From: Enterococcus phage nattely
Reading direction: 5' to 3' (one strand)
DNA length: 64,000 nucleotides
Sequence record: MT119360.1
The position numbers were made by a program, and so were the translations under genes. The notes under the pieces were generated by a model. It searched no databases. It was not told the origin of the DNA and saw only the letters and a list, made by a program, of their open reading frames with translations. The number at the start of each line of letters is the position of its first letter. Position 1 is the first letter of the stretch. Shown piece after piece: positions 37,028 to 46,492 of the stretch.

Positions 37028-40000
37028 ATGAGTTGGTTTAGTATTCACAATCATTCGCATTTTAGTAATTTTCGTTTAAGAGATGCAACCAATGCGCCAC
37101 AAGATATTTTAAGAGTCGCAAATGAAAAGGGATTGAAAGGAATTGTATTATCAGATCACGAGACTATTGCGGGTGCACCTACATTTTTAGATAATGCTAA
37201 AAAAATGAAAGAAGAAGGTAAATTACCAGAAGATTTTGTTGCAGCAATTGGTAATGAAGCATATTTAATTGATCGTAAATATGAGGAACCAATGAAAAAC
37301 CAAGAAAAAGTTAGATATTTTCATTTTTTAATGGTAGCAAAAAATCAACGTGGTTTTGAATTTTTGAAAAAACAAACAGCTAAAGCATGGGAAAATAGCA
37401 CATACTCAAGAGGTATGGAACGTGTTCCAACATTTAAAGATGATTTACAAGAATTAATGAAAGAATATAAAGGTGATGTAATTGCATCAACTGCGTGTAT
37501 TGGTGGCGAACTTCCGCAATTAATCCTTAAGTTAGAAGAATTTCAAAAATCAGGTGATGCGTTACGTATTGAAACAACAAAACGAGAGATACATTATTTC
37601 ATTCAATTTTTAGTTGAAACTTTTGGCCACGATAATGTATTTTTTGAATTACAACCATCAAAACAAAATGAACAATTGATTGTCAACAAATGGTTACCAA
37701 AAATTGCAAAAGCGTATAATATCAAATGTATCGTCACAACAGATGCTCACTATCTTACATTAGAACAGCAAGAATTTCATAAACAATATTTACAGGCATC
37801 TGAAGGTGAGCGTGAAGTTGAATCTTTTTATGCAACAACATATATTTTCTCATATGATGAATTATTGGAATATTTCGATAAAGAATTATTAGATGAATTA
37901 TGTGAAAACACATTGATTATTCGTGATATGGTTAATAATGAATTAAAATATAAACATGAGACAGTTATTCCACGATCACATATTCCACATTTTGAACAAG
38001 ATGAAAATGTGATGCAAAAAATTGATGAGACAAAATATCCGAACATTTATAAGATGATGAGATCTTCGGTTATTGAAGATAGATATTATCATTTTAAAGT
38101 TATGAAAGGTTTTGTTGAAAAAGAACAAGAATTTAATGATGAAAATTTAAGTAGAATTGATTTAGAATATAGTGAACTTCAAGCAATTAGTGAACAATTA
38201 AATCAACCGATGACGTCGTACTTTTTGGCAATGACAGAATTTGTTGATATTATGTGGGAATATTCATTAGTTGGGGTTGGACGTGGTTCTGCAGTATGTT
38301 ATTATACAAATTATTTATTAGATATTGTTCAATTAAATCCAATTAAATATGATTTACCATATTGGAGATTTTTATCTCGTGAATATGTTGGAGAATTTCC
38401 AGATATTGACGTTGATGCTCAAGGTAGTGAACGTGCAAATATTATTGAAGGTGTAAAAGAAAAATTTGGACATGAAAATGTGTTAAATATTGGAACTTAC
38501 ACAACTGAGGGACCTCGAGCAGCATCATTAACCGCATGTCGTGCATTCGGTTTAGATCCGGATACAGCACAAAATATCACAAATGCAATTCCGAGTGACA
38601 AGGGGTTCGCTTGGCCATTACAAGACGCATTTTTCGGAAATGAAAAAGAACACAGAAAACCAGATAAGCAATTTATTTATATGGTAAATGAATATCCAGG
38701 ACTGCAGGAGTTAATGTTACAATCTCAAGGTTTAGTAAGTGGACGTGGACAACATGCTTCAGGTGTTGTTGTTTTTCCAGACGGATATACTTCTTTAAAC
38801 ACAATGATGAAGACAAGTAAAGGGTTGCCAATCACTCAGTGGGATGCACATACAACTGAGGTCGCTGGTGGAATTAAATATGACTTTTTATCAATTAATG
38901 CACTAGATAGAATTAGAGCCGCAATTGATATGTTGTTAAAAGATGGTAAAATTGAATGGCAAGGATCATTACAAGAAACTTTCAATAAATATTTTCACCC
39001 GGACGTTTTAGATATGGAAAGTCAAGAAATGTTTGATATGCTATTTAATGGAGAAATTATTTCAGCTTTTCAGTTTGAAGCAAAAACAGGTAGACAAGCA
39101 TTAGAAAAAATTAATGCGCGTACATTCGATCAATTAGTTGCTGCAAATTCATTAATGCGTTTATCTTCAGATGGAGAACAGCCAATTGATAAATACATTC
39201 GTTATAAAAATGATTTAAACGAATGGGAAAAAGATATGGACGAATATAATTTAACTGAAGATGAAAAAGCAGTTATGCACGAATTATTAGATAAAAAATT
39301 TGGTGTGTGTGAAGTTCAAGAATCAATTATGAAAATTGCAATGCATGAAAAAGTAGCAAAATATAATTTGAGAGAAGCAAAAGGATTACGTAAAGCTTCA
39401 GCGAAAAAAGACCCAACAATTCAAGTTAAACAAAAAGAATTATTCTTTAAAAAAGGTAGAGAAAATGGAACTAGTGATAATTTATTAAATTATATTTGGA
39501 ATGAATGTTATGTTCCAACATTTGGTTATTCATTTTCAGAACCTCACGTAGCAGCATATACAATGATTTTAATGATTGAAATGAATATTGCTTATAGATA
39601 TGGGGTTCATTATTGGAAAGCAGCATGTTTGAATGTTGATGCGGGAATTATCGGAGAACTTGAAGCGGGGACAAAATACGGTAAAGTCGCAAAAGCATTA
39701 TCAAATTTCCGAGAAGATGTTATTCCACCGTCAGTTAATAAAAGCGATATTGGTTTTACACCGGATCAAAATACAGGCAAAATTATGTATGGATTAAAAC
39801 CAATTGTTGGTATGAATAGTAAATTAGCAAAACAAATTATTGAAGGTCGTCCATATAAAAATATGCAACATTTTATTGATCATAATGTTATAAATGGTGA
39901 TTTAACAAATACAAAAATGGTAACATTAATTAAAAGTGGATTATTTGATGAATTATATCCAAATAGGAAACAATTAATGGTAAATTTTGTTATGTATGTA

Positions 40001-40882
40001 GAACCATTTAAACAAAAATTGTCAACTTCAGTGATTCCAAAAATTGCACATTTAATTCCAGATAAATATAAAGATGCAAAAGAAGCATATTTCTTTTTGA
40101 AAGAAATTAAAAGTAAAAAAGTTCATGATGAATATACGGAATATTTCTTTAATAATTTTAAAGAAGATTGTGATAAAAAAGTAACTAAAAAATATCCAGA
40201 ATCATATACCTATAATGATAATGGGAATTTTATAATTGAAATTAAAGTTTTAGAAAAAGTTGTAAAAGATAGAATGGAAAAATTAAAAGAATGGTTACAA
40301 ACAGAAGACGCACTAAAAGCTGAAGCTTCACTAAGAAGAAGTGCATATTGGCAAAAATATTGTTTAGGAACAATATCTCACTGGGAAATGGAATCAATCA
40401 CATTCTATATTTCACAACATGAGTTAGAAGAATATCCAATTCATTCATTTTTCGAATTATCTAATTTCAATGAATTACCGAGAGAGCCAGAAGTTGATGG
40501 TTGGAATAATGGACGTGGTGGTAAAAAATGGCCAAAATATAAAAGTCATGTAATTGCGGGAACGGTAATTGACACACTTCCACAAAAAGGTATAGTTACT
40601 TTAATCACCAAAGACGGTGTTGTTGATGTTCGTGTTGGAAAAGGAAAATATCAATATTATAATAAAAAGATCATGATTGGACAAGGTAAAGAACGTGTTA
40701 ATATTGATGATACATGGTGGAAACGCGGAAATATGGTAGTTGTTGTTGGTTACCGTAGAGAAAATGATTTTTATGCTAATGCAAAAAATAGTGCATATCA
40801 ACATTCAGTTATGTTAATTAAAGGACATGATGGAGAAAAAATATTTTTACAACAAGAAAAAAGAAAAGTTGAAGAAGATTAA
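37028..40882 (+). CDS. dnaE: DNA polymerase III alpha subunit-like replicative polymerase (DnaE type, N-terminal PHP domain)
   Basis: PHP motifs (HNHSHFS, LSDHETIAG). Palm region GRGSAVCYYTNYLLDIVQLNPIKYDLPYWRFLSRE...PDIDVD matches the DnaE catalytic core. 1284 aa. Confidence 0.85.
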   Translation: MSWFSIHNHSHFSNFRLRDATNAPQDILRVANEKGLKGIVLSDHETIAGAPTFLDNAKKMKEEGKLPEDFVAAIGNEAYLIDRKYEEPMKNQEKVRYFHFLMVAKNQRGFEFLKKQTAKAWENSTYSRGMERVPTFKDDLQELMKEYKGDVIASTACIGGELPQLILKLEEFQKSGDALRIETTKREIHYFIQFLVETFGHDNVFFELQPSKQNEQLIVNKWLPKIAKAYNIKCIVTTDAHYLTLEQQEFHKQYLQASEGEREVESFYATTYIFSYDELLEYFDKELLDELCENTLIIRDMVNNELKYKHETVIPRSHIPHFEQDENVMQKIDETKYPNIYKMMRSSVIEDRYYHFKVMKGFVEKEQEFNDENLSRIDLEYSELQAISEQLNQPMTSYFLAMTEFVDIMWEYSLVGVGRGSAVCYYTNYLLDIVQLNPIKYDLPYWRFLSREYVGEFPDIDVDAQGSERANIIEGVKEKFGHENVLNIGTYTTEGPRAASLTACRAFGLDPDTAQNITNAIPSDKGFAWPLQDAFFGNEKEHRKPDKQFIYMVNEYPGLQELMLQSQGLVSGRGQHASGVVVFPDGYTSLNTMMKTSKGLPITQWDAHTTEVAGGIKYDFLSINALDRIRAAIDMLLKDGKIEWQGSLQETFNKYFHPDVLDMESQEMFDMLFNGEIISAFQFEAKTGRQALEKINARTFDQLVAANSLMRLSSDGEQPIDKYIRYKNDLNEWEKDMDEYNLTEDEKAVMHELLDKKFGVCEVQESIMKIAMHEKVAKYNLREAKGLRKASAKKDPTIQVKQKELFFKKGRENGTSDNLLNYIWNECYVPTFGYSFSEPHVAAYTMILMIEMNIAYRYGVHYWKAACLNVDAGIIGELEAGTKYGKVAKALSNFREDVIPPSVNKSDIGFTPDQNTGKIMYGLKPIVGMNSKLAKQIIEGRPYKNMQHFIDHNVINGDLTNTKMVTLIKSGLFDELYPNRKQLMVNFVMYVEPFKQKLSTSVIPKIAHLIPDKYKDAKEAYFFLKEIKSKKVHDEYTEYFFNNFKEDCDKKVTKKYPESYTYNDNGNFIIEIKVLEKVVKDRMEKLKEWLQTEDALKAEASLRRSAYWQKYCLGTISHWEMESITFYISQHELEEYPIHSFFELSNFNELPREPEVDGWNNGRGGKKWPKYKSHVIAGTVIDTLPQKGIVTLITKDGVVDVRVGKGKYQYYNKKIMIGQGKERVNIDDTWWKRGNMVVVVGYRRENDFYANAKNSAYQHSVMLIKGHDGEKIFLQQEKRKVEED

Positions 40883-40919
40883 GAGAAGTGTTTACACTTC
40901 TCTTTCTTTTTGATATAAT
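40882..40919 (+). terminator. Fused terminator-promoter unit (AGAGAAGTG-ttta-CACTTCTCT, T-run, TATAAT 40914-40919)
   Basis: 9-bp stem overlapping the dnaE stop codon. TTTACA at 40891-40896. 17-nt spacer. Confidence 0.65.
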
Positions 40920-40951
40920 ATAAATATAAAATTAATGAAAGAGGTTAGAAC

Positions 40952-41227
40952 ATGGATAAGAAAGAACATGAGTTATTATCTAAACAATTGAGGGATAGCT
41001 ATGAAGCGTACAATATTTCTCTAAATGATATTGTCCGTAAAGAAAGAGAAATTAATAAAATGGATTTAGAAATTAGTAGATTATCAGCTCAAATTGATGG
41101 AATAAAAGCAGAAAAACGCAAAGAAGAACAATTATTATTATTAGATAAAGCAGATAGTGAGCGTTATAAAGAACAATTAGAAAAAATTAAAGATAAAATT
41201 TTTGAAGGGATGTTAAATAATGGATGA
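40952..41227 (+). CDS. Hypothetical coiled-coil protein
   Basis: ORF with RBS AAGAGG. Confidence 0.5.
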   Translation: MDKKEHELLSKQLRDSYEAYNISLNDIVRKEREINKMDLEISRLSAQIDGIKAEKRKEEQLLLLDKADSERYKEQLEKIKDKIFEGMLNNG

Positions 41228-41489
41228 TAAAAAAGTAGCATTAATATTATTTAAAGCAAAAAATCATTTATCTAAAGACGAATTATTTGCTTTAGGATAT
41301 TTATTTGGTCATGTTGATGGAGCAATTGGTGCAGCAAAATCTATTAATAATTTATCAACGGAAGATGCACAAGAATTAGCAGACGACATTTTTGATTTAA
41401 AACGATTAGAAAGTGATTGGGATAAATTAGTTGAGAAATTAAATATTAAAGCACGAAGCTTTGAGGAAATTGTCGTAATATTTAAATAA
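41220..41489 (+). CDS. Hypothetical protein
   Basis: ORF overlapping the upstream gene by 8 nt. Confidence 0.5.
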   Translation: MDDKKVALILFKAKNHLSKDELFALGYLFGHVDGAIGAAKSINNLSTEDAQELADDIFDLKRLESDWDKLVEKLNIKARSFEEIVVIFK

Positions 41490-41562
41490 TAAAGAGGTGA
41501 CTAGTTCACCTTTTTATTTTCTCAACTTAAAGTAAAAATTTGATAAAAAATGGGAGTGATGG

Positions 41563-41591
41563 TTTACAAACACTTTTTCTCTTGATATAAT
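41563..41591 (+). promoter_or_regulatory. Promoter TTTACA(41563-41568)-N17-TATAAT(41586-41591) driving a roughly 125-nt non-coding, hairpin-rich transcript
   Basis: Consensus elements. No ORF of 60 aa or more before the next promoter at 41724-41752. Confidence 0.5.
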
Positions 41592-41597
41592 ATTAAT

Positions 41598-41723
41598 ATG
41601 CGCGATAAAGAGATACATGAATAAAAATAAACAACTCGGAAACTTCCTTGAAGTTGACGAAGGTGCAACGTTCCGTTGCAACCTTACTTAGCGAAAATTA
41701 TGCAAACTTTTTGCATTTTACTG
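41598..41723 (+). ncRNA. Candidate small RNA or structured leader (three hairpins; only a possible 24-aa micro-ORF)
   Basis: Hairpins AACTTC-ctt-GAAGTT, GGTGCAACG-ttc-CGTTGCAACC and ATGCAAA-ctt-TTTGCAT, then a T-rich tract. Locally GC-richer than the surroundings. Confidence 0.3.
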
Positions 41724-41790
41724 TTTACATATTGCTCAAGATAGTATATAATAAATATATAATAAATAAACAAAAGAAAGAGTGATTATA

Positions 41791-41973
41791 ATGGAGTATA
41801 ATGAACTATTAGACTTTGATGACATGTTAGACCTTGATGAACTATTAGACAGTGAAGAATTTAAAAAAGAAATGGATAATCTTAATCATGTCCCTCAAAT
41901 GCAACCACAATCACACACAAGTAATACATTAGCAGATACTGGACGCTATCCAGATAAATATATAATCAATTAG
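41791..41973 (+). CDS. Small very acidic protein (DNA-mimic candidate)
   Basis: MEYNELLDFDDMLDLDELLDSEEF. Class-B promoter/leader upstream. ATG at 41791 is preferred over the GTG at 41782. Confidence 0.5.
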   Translation: MEYNELLDFDDMLDLDELLDSEEFKKEMDNLNHVPQMQPQSHTSNTLADTGRYPDKYIIN

Positions 41974-41985
41974 GAGGAAACAACG

Positions 41986-42183
41986 ATGATGAAAAAACTA
42001 AACAATCTATCATATTTAGATGGTGTAGACATTTACAAATATCTCACTAAGACACATGGTAAGAAAAATGTAGAACGCAAATTACGTAAACATACAACTG
42101 ACATTTATTTATGTGGAAAATACTTTGACACGTATGATAATGAAGGAGAAGAACAAGGTTATAAATTAGTAGCAATAAATTAG
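41986..42183 (+). CDS. Hypothetical small protein
   Basis: RBS TTAGGAGGAAA. Confidence 0.5.
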   Translation: MMKKLNNLSYLDGVDIYKYLTKTHGKKNVERKLRKHTTDIYLCGKYFDTYDNEGEEQGYKLVAIN

Positions 42184-42196
42184 AGGAGGAACTTAT

Positions 42197-42505
42197 ATGT
42201 CATATTATGATTATATACACAAACAGGAAGAGATTGATCGAATGGTTGACCAACTACAATTATTAGATTTAACAATTGGTTGGTCGACTGATAATAAAGA
42301 CTTAGGATACGCAACACTAATTATCGAATCAGGTGATTTTAGAATGTGCTTTAATGTCGACTATTTTGCTTATATGGGTAAAGATCTTAAAAGCACTGAA
42401 GATAGAACTAAAATCATTGATTATAGCATTAATAAATTTAAGAGAGCATATGTACAATATAAATATAATTTAAAAGAAATAGGAGAGATCAATCATGTTA
42501 TTTAG
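42197..42505 (+). CDS. Hypothetical protein
   Basis: RBS AGAGGAGGAA. Confidence 0.5.
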   Translation: MSYYDYIHKQEEIDRMVDQLQLLDLTIGWSTDNKDLGYATLIIESGDFRMCFNVDYFAYMGKDLKSTEDRTKIIDYSINKFKRAYVQYKYNLKEIGEINHVI

Positions 42506-43040
42506 AGAAAATGAAAGAGCACAAAGATTAAAAAATAATCACATTAATTTACAAGGTGCAATCCAAGACGCAGGATATGATGCACAAAATATGTTTCCAG
42601 TAATGGTTCAGTTTAAAACTAATGATGGCCTTTGGAGTAAAAATGAATATTGTTATTTGTTTGACATTCAATGTGGAGTTAAAGTAATTTTAAGAGATGA
42701 TATTGTTGTCGTTCAAGCAAAACGGCCTGGTAATTATGAAATTGCTCGTATTTCAAAAATTCCTGACGATATTGTGAATAATAATAATTTAATGCAAAAA
42801 TTTATTGACATCATCGAAGATGGTGAACATCCATTAAGAGTAGTTGTCACAAATATTCAGCATCATATTGATCAGTATGAAAAAACTGAGCGAGATAAAG
42901 CTGAAGCAGAAAAATTAAAAATGCAATTAGAAGAAGAATTTGAAAAAGCAAATAAGATTGCACTATATGAACAGCTTGCTGAAAATAATCCTAAATTTAA
43001 GGAAAAATTAGATCGTATTAAAGAACTTGGAGGACTATAA
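42495..43040 (+). CDS. Hypothetical protein with coiled-coil C-terminus
   Basis: ORF with RBS AGGAGAG. Confidence 0.5.
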   Translation: MLFRENERAQRLKNNHINLQGAIQDAGYDAQNMFPVMVQFKTNDGLWSKNEYCYLFDIQCGVKVILRDDIVVVQAKRPGNYEIARISKIPDDIVNNNNLMQKFIDIIEDGEHPLRVVVTNIQHHIDQYEKTERDKAEAEKLKMQLEEEFEKANKIALYEQLAENNPKFKEKLDRIKELGGL

Positions 43041-43041
43041 T

Positions 43042-43329
43042 ATGAAATTTGAAAAAGGTAAATTATATATTGTTCGTGAAGATGAAAATAACTATATTTT
43101 CAAAGTAAAGAAAGAGCCAAATCCAGGACATATTATCGCTGAAAATGCAGTACGTATTGACAAAGTTTTTGGACAAGAGCAAATTTTAGTATTTTTACAT
43201 GATAATGAAATGCTAATGCAGCTTTTTAAAAATGGCGCAGAAGAAGTTACTGATGATTATGAAAAAGAAAAATATTATGATTTAATTAATGTGCATACAC
43301 AAATGTATAACACAAATTTAGGAAGATAA
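43042..43329 (+). CDS. Hypothetical small protein
   Basis: ATG after RBS GGAGGA. Confidence 0.45.
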   Translation: MKFEKGKLYIVREDENNYIFKVKKEPNPGHIIAENAVRIDKVFGQEQILVFLHDNEMLMQLFKNGAEEVTDDYEKEKYYDLINVHTQMYNTNLGR

Positions 43330-43346
43330 TATAGGAGGAATTAAAA

Positions 43347-43625
43347 ATGGAGCAAAATAATAAAGAAGTAATAGAAGAATTACAGAAAATTATTAATAAA
43401 TTATATAGTGAAGAAATTTATGCTATAGCTTTTTTACAAGGTGCGATTAGTGGATCACTACAATCAATTAAAATATTAGAAAATTTAACAGATGAACAAT
43501 TAGAAATTACAAGAAATAATATTTTCACTGATGAATATTTTGAAAATAAATGGAAAGAACTTAGTGATAAATATCAACTTGAATTACGTCCTTTTTCTAA
43601 AATAGCTGAAATTATTGGTGAATAA
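43347..43625 (+). CDS. Hypothetical protein
   Basis: RBS AGGAGGAA. Confidence 0.5.
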   Translation: MEQNNKEVIEELQKIINKLYSEEIYAIAFLQGAISGSLQSIKILENLTDEQLEITRNNIFTDEYFENKWKELSDKYQLELRPFSKIAEIIGE

Positions 43626-43688
43626 CTATTTACAGTTATATAAGTTTATGATATAATATAAACATAAATAAAGAAAGAGAGTGATTAT

Positions 43689-43910
43689 ATGACATTTGAT
43701 GAAGCATTTGCAACAGTTTCTAAAAATCGTAATGTATATATGGCATTACCAACGTGGAAAGATGATGTAAAAATTTTCTGTCAATTTCCAGATGAAAAAA
43801 GCAAAATGACACATAAATATTTATATGTGGATTCGCGTTTTGGTCGCGTACCATGGTTACCGACCCAAGTTGAATTATTTAGTGATAAATGGAAGGTGGC
43901 AGCAATCTAA
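43689..43910 (+). CDS. Hypothetical small protein
   Basis: Promoter at 43630-43665. RBS AGAGAGTGA. Confidence 0.5.
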   Translation: MTFDEAFATVSKNRNVYMALPTWKDDVKIFCQFPDEKSKMTHKYLYVDSRFGRVPWLPTQVELFSDKWKVAAI

Positions 43911-44611
43911 TGGAAAGAAAATTTGAAAAAGTAAGTGGATATGAAGATGTAAATATCCCATTAAGAGCGACTCGTTTTTCGGCCGGTTACGATTTTGAAG
44001 CGGCGGAAGATATTACAATTCCTTCGTTGGTGATTGGAATTGACCAATACACAGAAAATATCAAACGAAAAATTGATGCAACAGATGATGTATCTATCAC
44101 TGAAGATCAATTTGAAAAACTTAATAATATTAATAGTGAATTTGAAGATAATTCAATTTACACTCAAGCTGATGAAAAAAATTATTTGGACGTATTAACA
44201 ATTATGAATGATATTTTAGATGAAGATGTGGATGCTGATACTGTTTTAGACCATTTGAATCAATTTAAAAATACATTCAAACCAACTTTAGTTCCAACTG
44301 GTATTAAAGCAAAAATGCCAAGTGATGAAATGTTATTATTATATAATCGTTCTTCAAATCCATTAAAACGTTTCTTGTTTTTAGCAAATGGTGTTGGAGT
44401 TATTGACAGTGATTATTATAATAATGAAGGAAATGAAGGTCACATTATGTTCCAATTTATTAATTTAGGTCCCACACCGATCACTATTAAAAAAGGTGAA
44501 CGAATTGGCCAAGGAATTTTCCAAAAGTTCTTATTAACGACAGATGTTGAAATTACACAAGACGTTGAACGAACTGGTGGTTTTGGTTCGACTAATAAGG
44601 AGGAACAATAA
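43910..44611 (+). CDS. Second dUTPase-family protein carrying a roughly 100-aa acidic insertion (dCTP/dUTP pyrophosphatase or deaminase-like)
   Basis: Motifs ATRFSAGYDF, ANGVGVIDSDYYNNEGNEGHI, GERIGQG and RTGGFGST, with a long D/E-rich insert between motifs II and III. TAATG overlap with the upstream gene. Confidence 0.6.
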   Translation: MERKFEKVSGYEDVNIPLRATRFSAGYDFEAAEDITIPSLVIGIDQYTENIKRKIDATDDVSITEDQFEKLNNINSEFEDNSIYTQADEKNYLDVLTIMNDILDEDVDADTVLDHLNQFKNTFKPTLVPTGIKAKMPSDEMLLLYNRSSNPLKRFLFLANGVGVIDSDYYNNEGNEGHIMFQFINLGPTPITIKKGERIGQGIFQKFLLTTDVEITQDVERTGGFGSTNKEEQ

Positions 44612-44904
44612 TGGAACGTAAAGTTATTCATGTGTTTTATGACAAAAATCATACAACAGACTTAGCTGTCTTGAATGTTATTGAAGAAATTGAAAGCAAA
44701 TTTGATTCAAAATTAAATTTAATTATTCAACCATTAGAAGTTGAGCAAGATATTGTTATGACAAATGCATATGGTATTCCTTTATCTTTTGAAGGTGTTT
44801 ATATTATTGTATTAGATAAAGATAATAATCAAGAGCAATGTATTCATGCAAAAACAAAAATTCAAGCTTTATCTAAATTGAAAGGAACGAGCGTTTATAA
44901 ATGA
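44611..44904 (+). CDS. Hypothetical protein
   Basis: ORF with TAATG overlap. Confidence 0.45.
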   Translation: MERKVIHVFYDKNHTTDLAVLNVIEEIESKFDSKLNLIIQPLEVEQDIVMTNAYGIPLSFEGVYIIVLDKDNNQEQCIHAKTKIQALSKLKGTSVYK

Positions 44905-45527
44905 AATTGACTAAGCCAATATTTGTTCTTGCTGGAAAAACACTTTCTGGTAAGACAACATTATTAAATTATTTAATTGATGAATGCCATATGAATAATC
45001 ATAAAAAAGTAGAAAAAGTTGTAACAATCACGACACGCCCCAAACGCCCGGGCGAAATGGATGGCAAAGATTATTACTTTATTACTAATGATCAATTTGA
45101 TAAAATGGTAAAAGAAAATAAGATTATTGCTCCACGGGAATACCATGTTGCGACAGGAGAAGTGTGGAAATATGGAATTGAAAAAGGTTTTGAAAATGAA
45201 TATGAAATTCCAGTTGTTGTAACAGATGTTCAAGGAATTAAAGATTTGAAAAAAGAATTTGGAGCACATAATGTAATTGTATTTTATAAAGAAATTTCAA
45301 CTATTTTACAATTAAAAAGAGCGATGAGTCGCAAAGAAAATAGTCGTGACGAACAAATTCGTCGCATTATCTCAGATGATGAAGATTTTAAACATATTTG
45401 GGAATGGGCAGATTATATTCTAGATGATGAAGAAAGTAATATGCCTGATGATGCTGGTTTTATGTTAAATCAAGTGGATTATGAAATTGACCAATTCAAT
45501 GATCCTGACCGTGACATTTATATCTAA
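44901..45527 (+). CDS. gmk: Guanylate-kinase-like nucleoside monophosphate kinase
   Basis: P-loop VLAGKTLSGKTT and TTRPKRPGEMDGKDYYFIT, matching the GMP-kinase signature. Confidence 0.6.
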   Translation: MKLTKPIFVLAGKTLSGKTTLLNYLIDECHMNNHKKVEKVVTITTRPKRPGEMDGKDYYFITNDQFDKMVKENKIIAPREYHVATGEVWKYGIEKGFENEYEIPVVVTDVQGIKDLKKEFGAHNVIVFYKEISTILQLKRAMSRKENSRDEQIRRIISDDEDFKHIWEWADYILDDEESNMPDDAGFMLNQVDYEIDQFNDPDRDIYI

Positions 45528-46102
45528 TGTCAAAATCAATTAAGATAGTTCTGCCAATTCCACCTTCAGTTAATGGATATTTATACGCGAAGATGATTCG
45601 TGTAGGAGGAAGAATGATTGGTAGATTGGCAGAAACTATCGAGTCTAAAGAATATAAGGCTCATGTTATTAATATTATTAAGAAAAGAATGAAGGAAGAG
45701 AATTGGGAAGCTCCAAAATCGGGTAAGTTCTTAAATGTTAAAGTTGATTATTTTTTCCCACGAAAAAGAATGGACCCTTCAAATTATGTAAAAATTCCAT
45801 ATGATGCGTTTACAGCAGCAGGATTGTGGAATGATGATGATATGGCAAAGCCACAAACCGGAATGGTTATAATTGATAAATTCGATCCACGAATGGAGTT
45901 TACAATTTACGAAAGTGAACAAATTGGAATTTTTCATTCTGAAAAAGATCGAAATAGATTTATTAATAAATATAGCGAGCGAATGCCTAAAAGATCATTT
46001 GATGCACTGATGAAAAAACTAGATGAAGGGCGTTTAACTGAAAAAGTTTATTTAAATAAAAATATGAAAGTAGAGATAAAAAATGAATTTCTTAAAGCAT
46101 AA
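45527..46102 (+). CDS. rusA: RusA-like Holliday junction resolvase
   Basis: LPIPPSVNGY...GGR...DPSNYVKIPYDAFTAAGLWNDD matches the RusA pattern. Confidence 0.55.
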   Translation: MSKSIKIVLPIPPSVNGYLYAKMIRVGGRMIGRLAETIESKEYKAHVINIIKKRMKEENWEAPKSGKFLNVKVDYFFPRKRMDPSNYVKIPYDAFTAAGLWNDDDMAKPQTGMVIIDKFDPRMEFTIYESEQIGIFHSEKDRNRFINKYSERMPKRSFDALMKKLDEGRLTEKVYLNKNMKVEIKNEFLKA

Positions 46103-46412
46103 CTTTAAAGAAGTTATATTATTTGCTCTTTTAGCTATGACTGCATCTCTGATTATTAAAAATAATAATCTAGAGGTGTCAGTTAAAACTTTAAAAGATA
46201 AAAATGAAACATATCAAAACGTAATTAAAACAGTAAATGAAAATAAACGTTTTGTTTCAGATTCAAAATATGGCAATCCAAATTGGCAAGTAGTTGGACA
46301 TGATTATTTTGATGGAAAATCAATGACAATTATAAAAGATAGTAAAAACAATACTGAATATATCGTTATTGAAAATGGTAAAGCTTTAGGTGTAACACAG
46401 CGTATAAAATAG
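46083..46412 (+). CDS. Membrane-anchored hypothetical protein
   Basis: N-terminal TM segment ILFALLAMTASLII. Confidence 0.45.
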   Translation: MNFLKHNFKEVILFALLAMTASLIIKNNNLEVSVKTLKDKNETYQNVIKTVNENKRFVSDSKYGNPNWQVVGHDYFDGKSMTIIKDSKNNTEYIVIENGKALGVTQRIK

Positions 46413-46492
46413 TACCATTTTACTATCAAATATCTTTATGATATAATATAATTATAGAAGAGTTAGAAATATATAGAAAGAAGGAAACTATA

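Noticed and set aside
41598-41723. tRNA gene in the ncRNA-like region (and tRNAs elsewhere)
   Set aside because: No 7-bp acceptor stem with a GTTCRANYC T-loop or anticodon-arm geometry was found here or in the other intergenic regions of 100 nt or more (5712-5870, 8631-8815, 9953-10048, 13121-13191, 17620-17704, 29688-29777, 47042-47150, 54025-54175). A tRNA scan on the full genome is still advisable.
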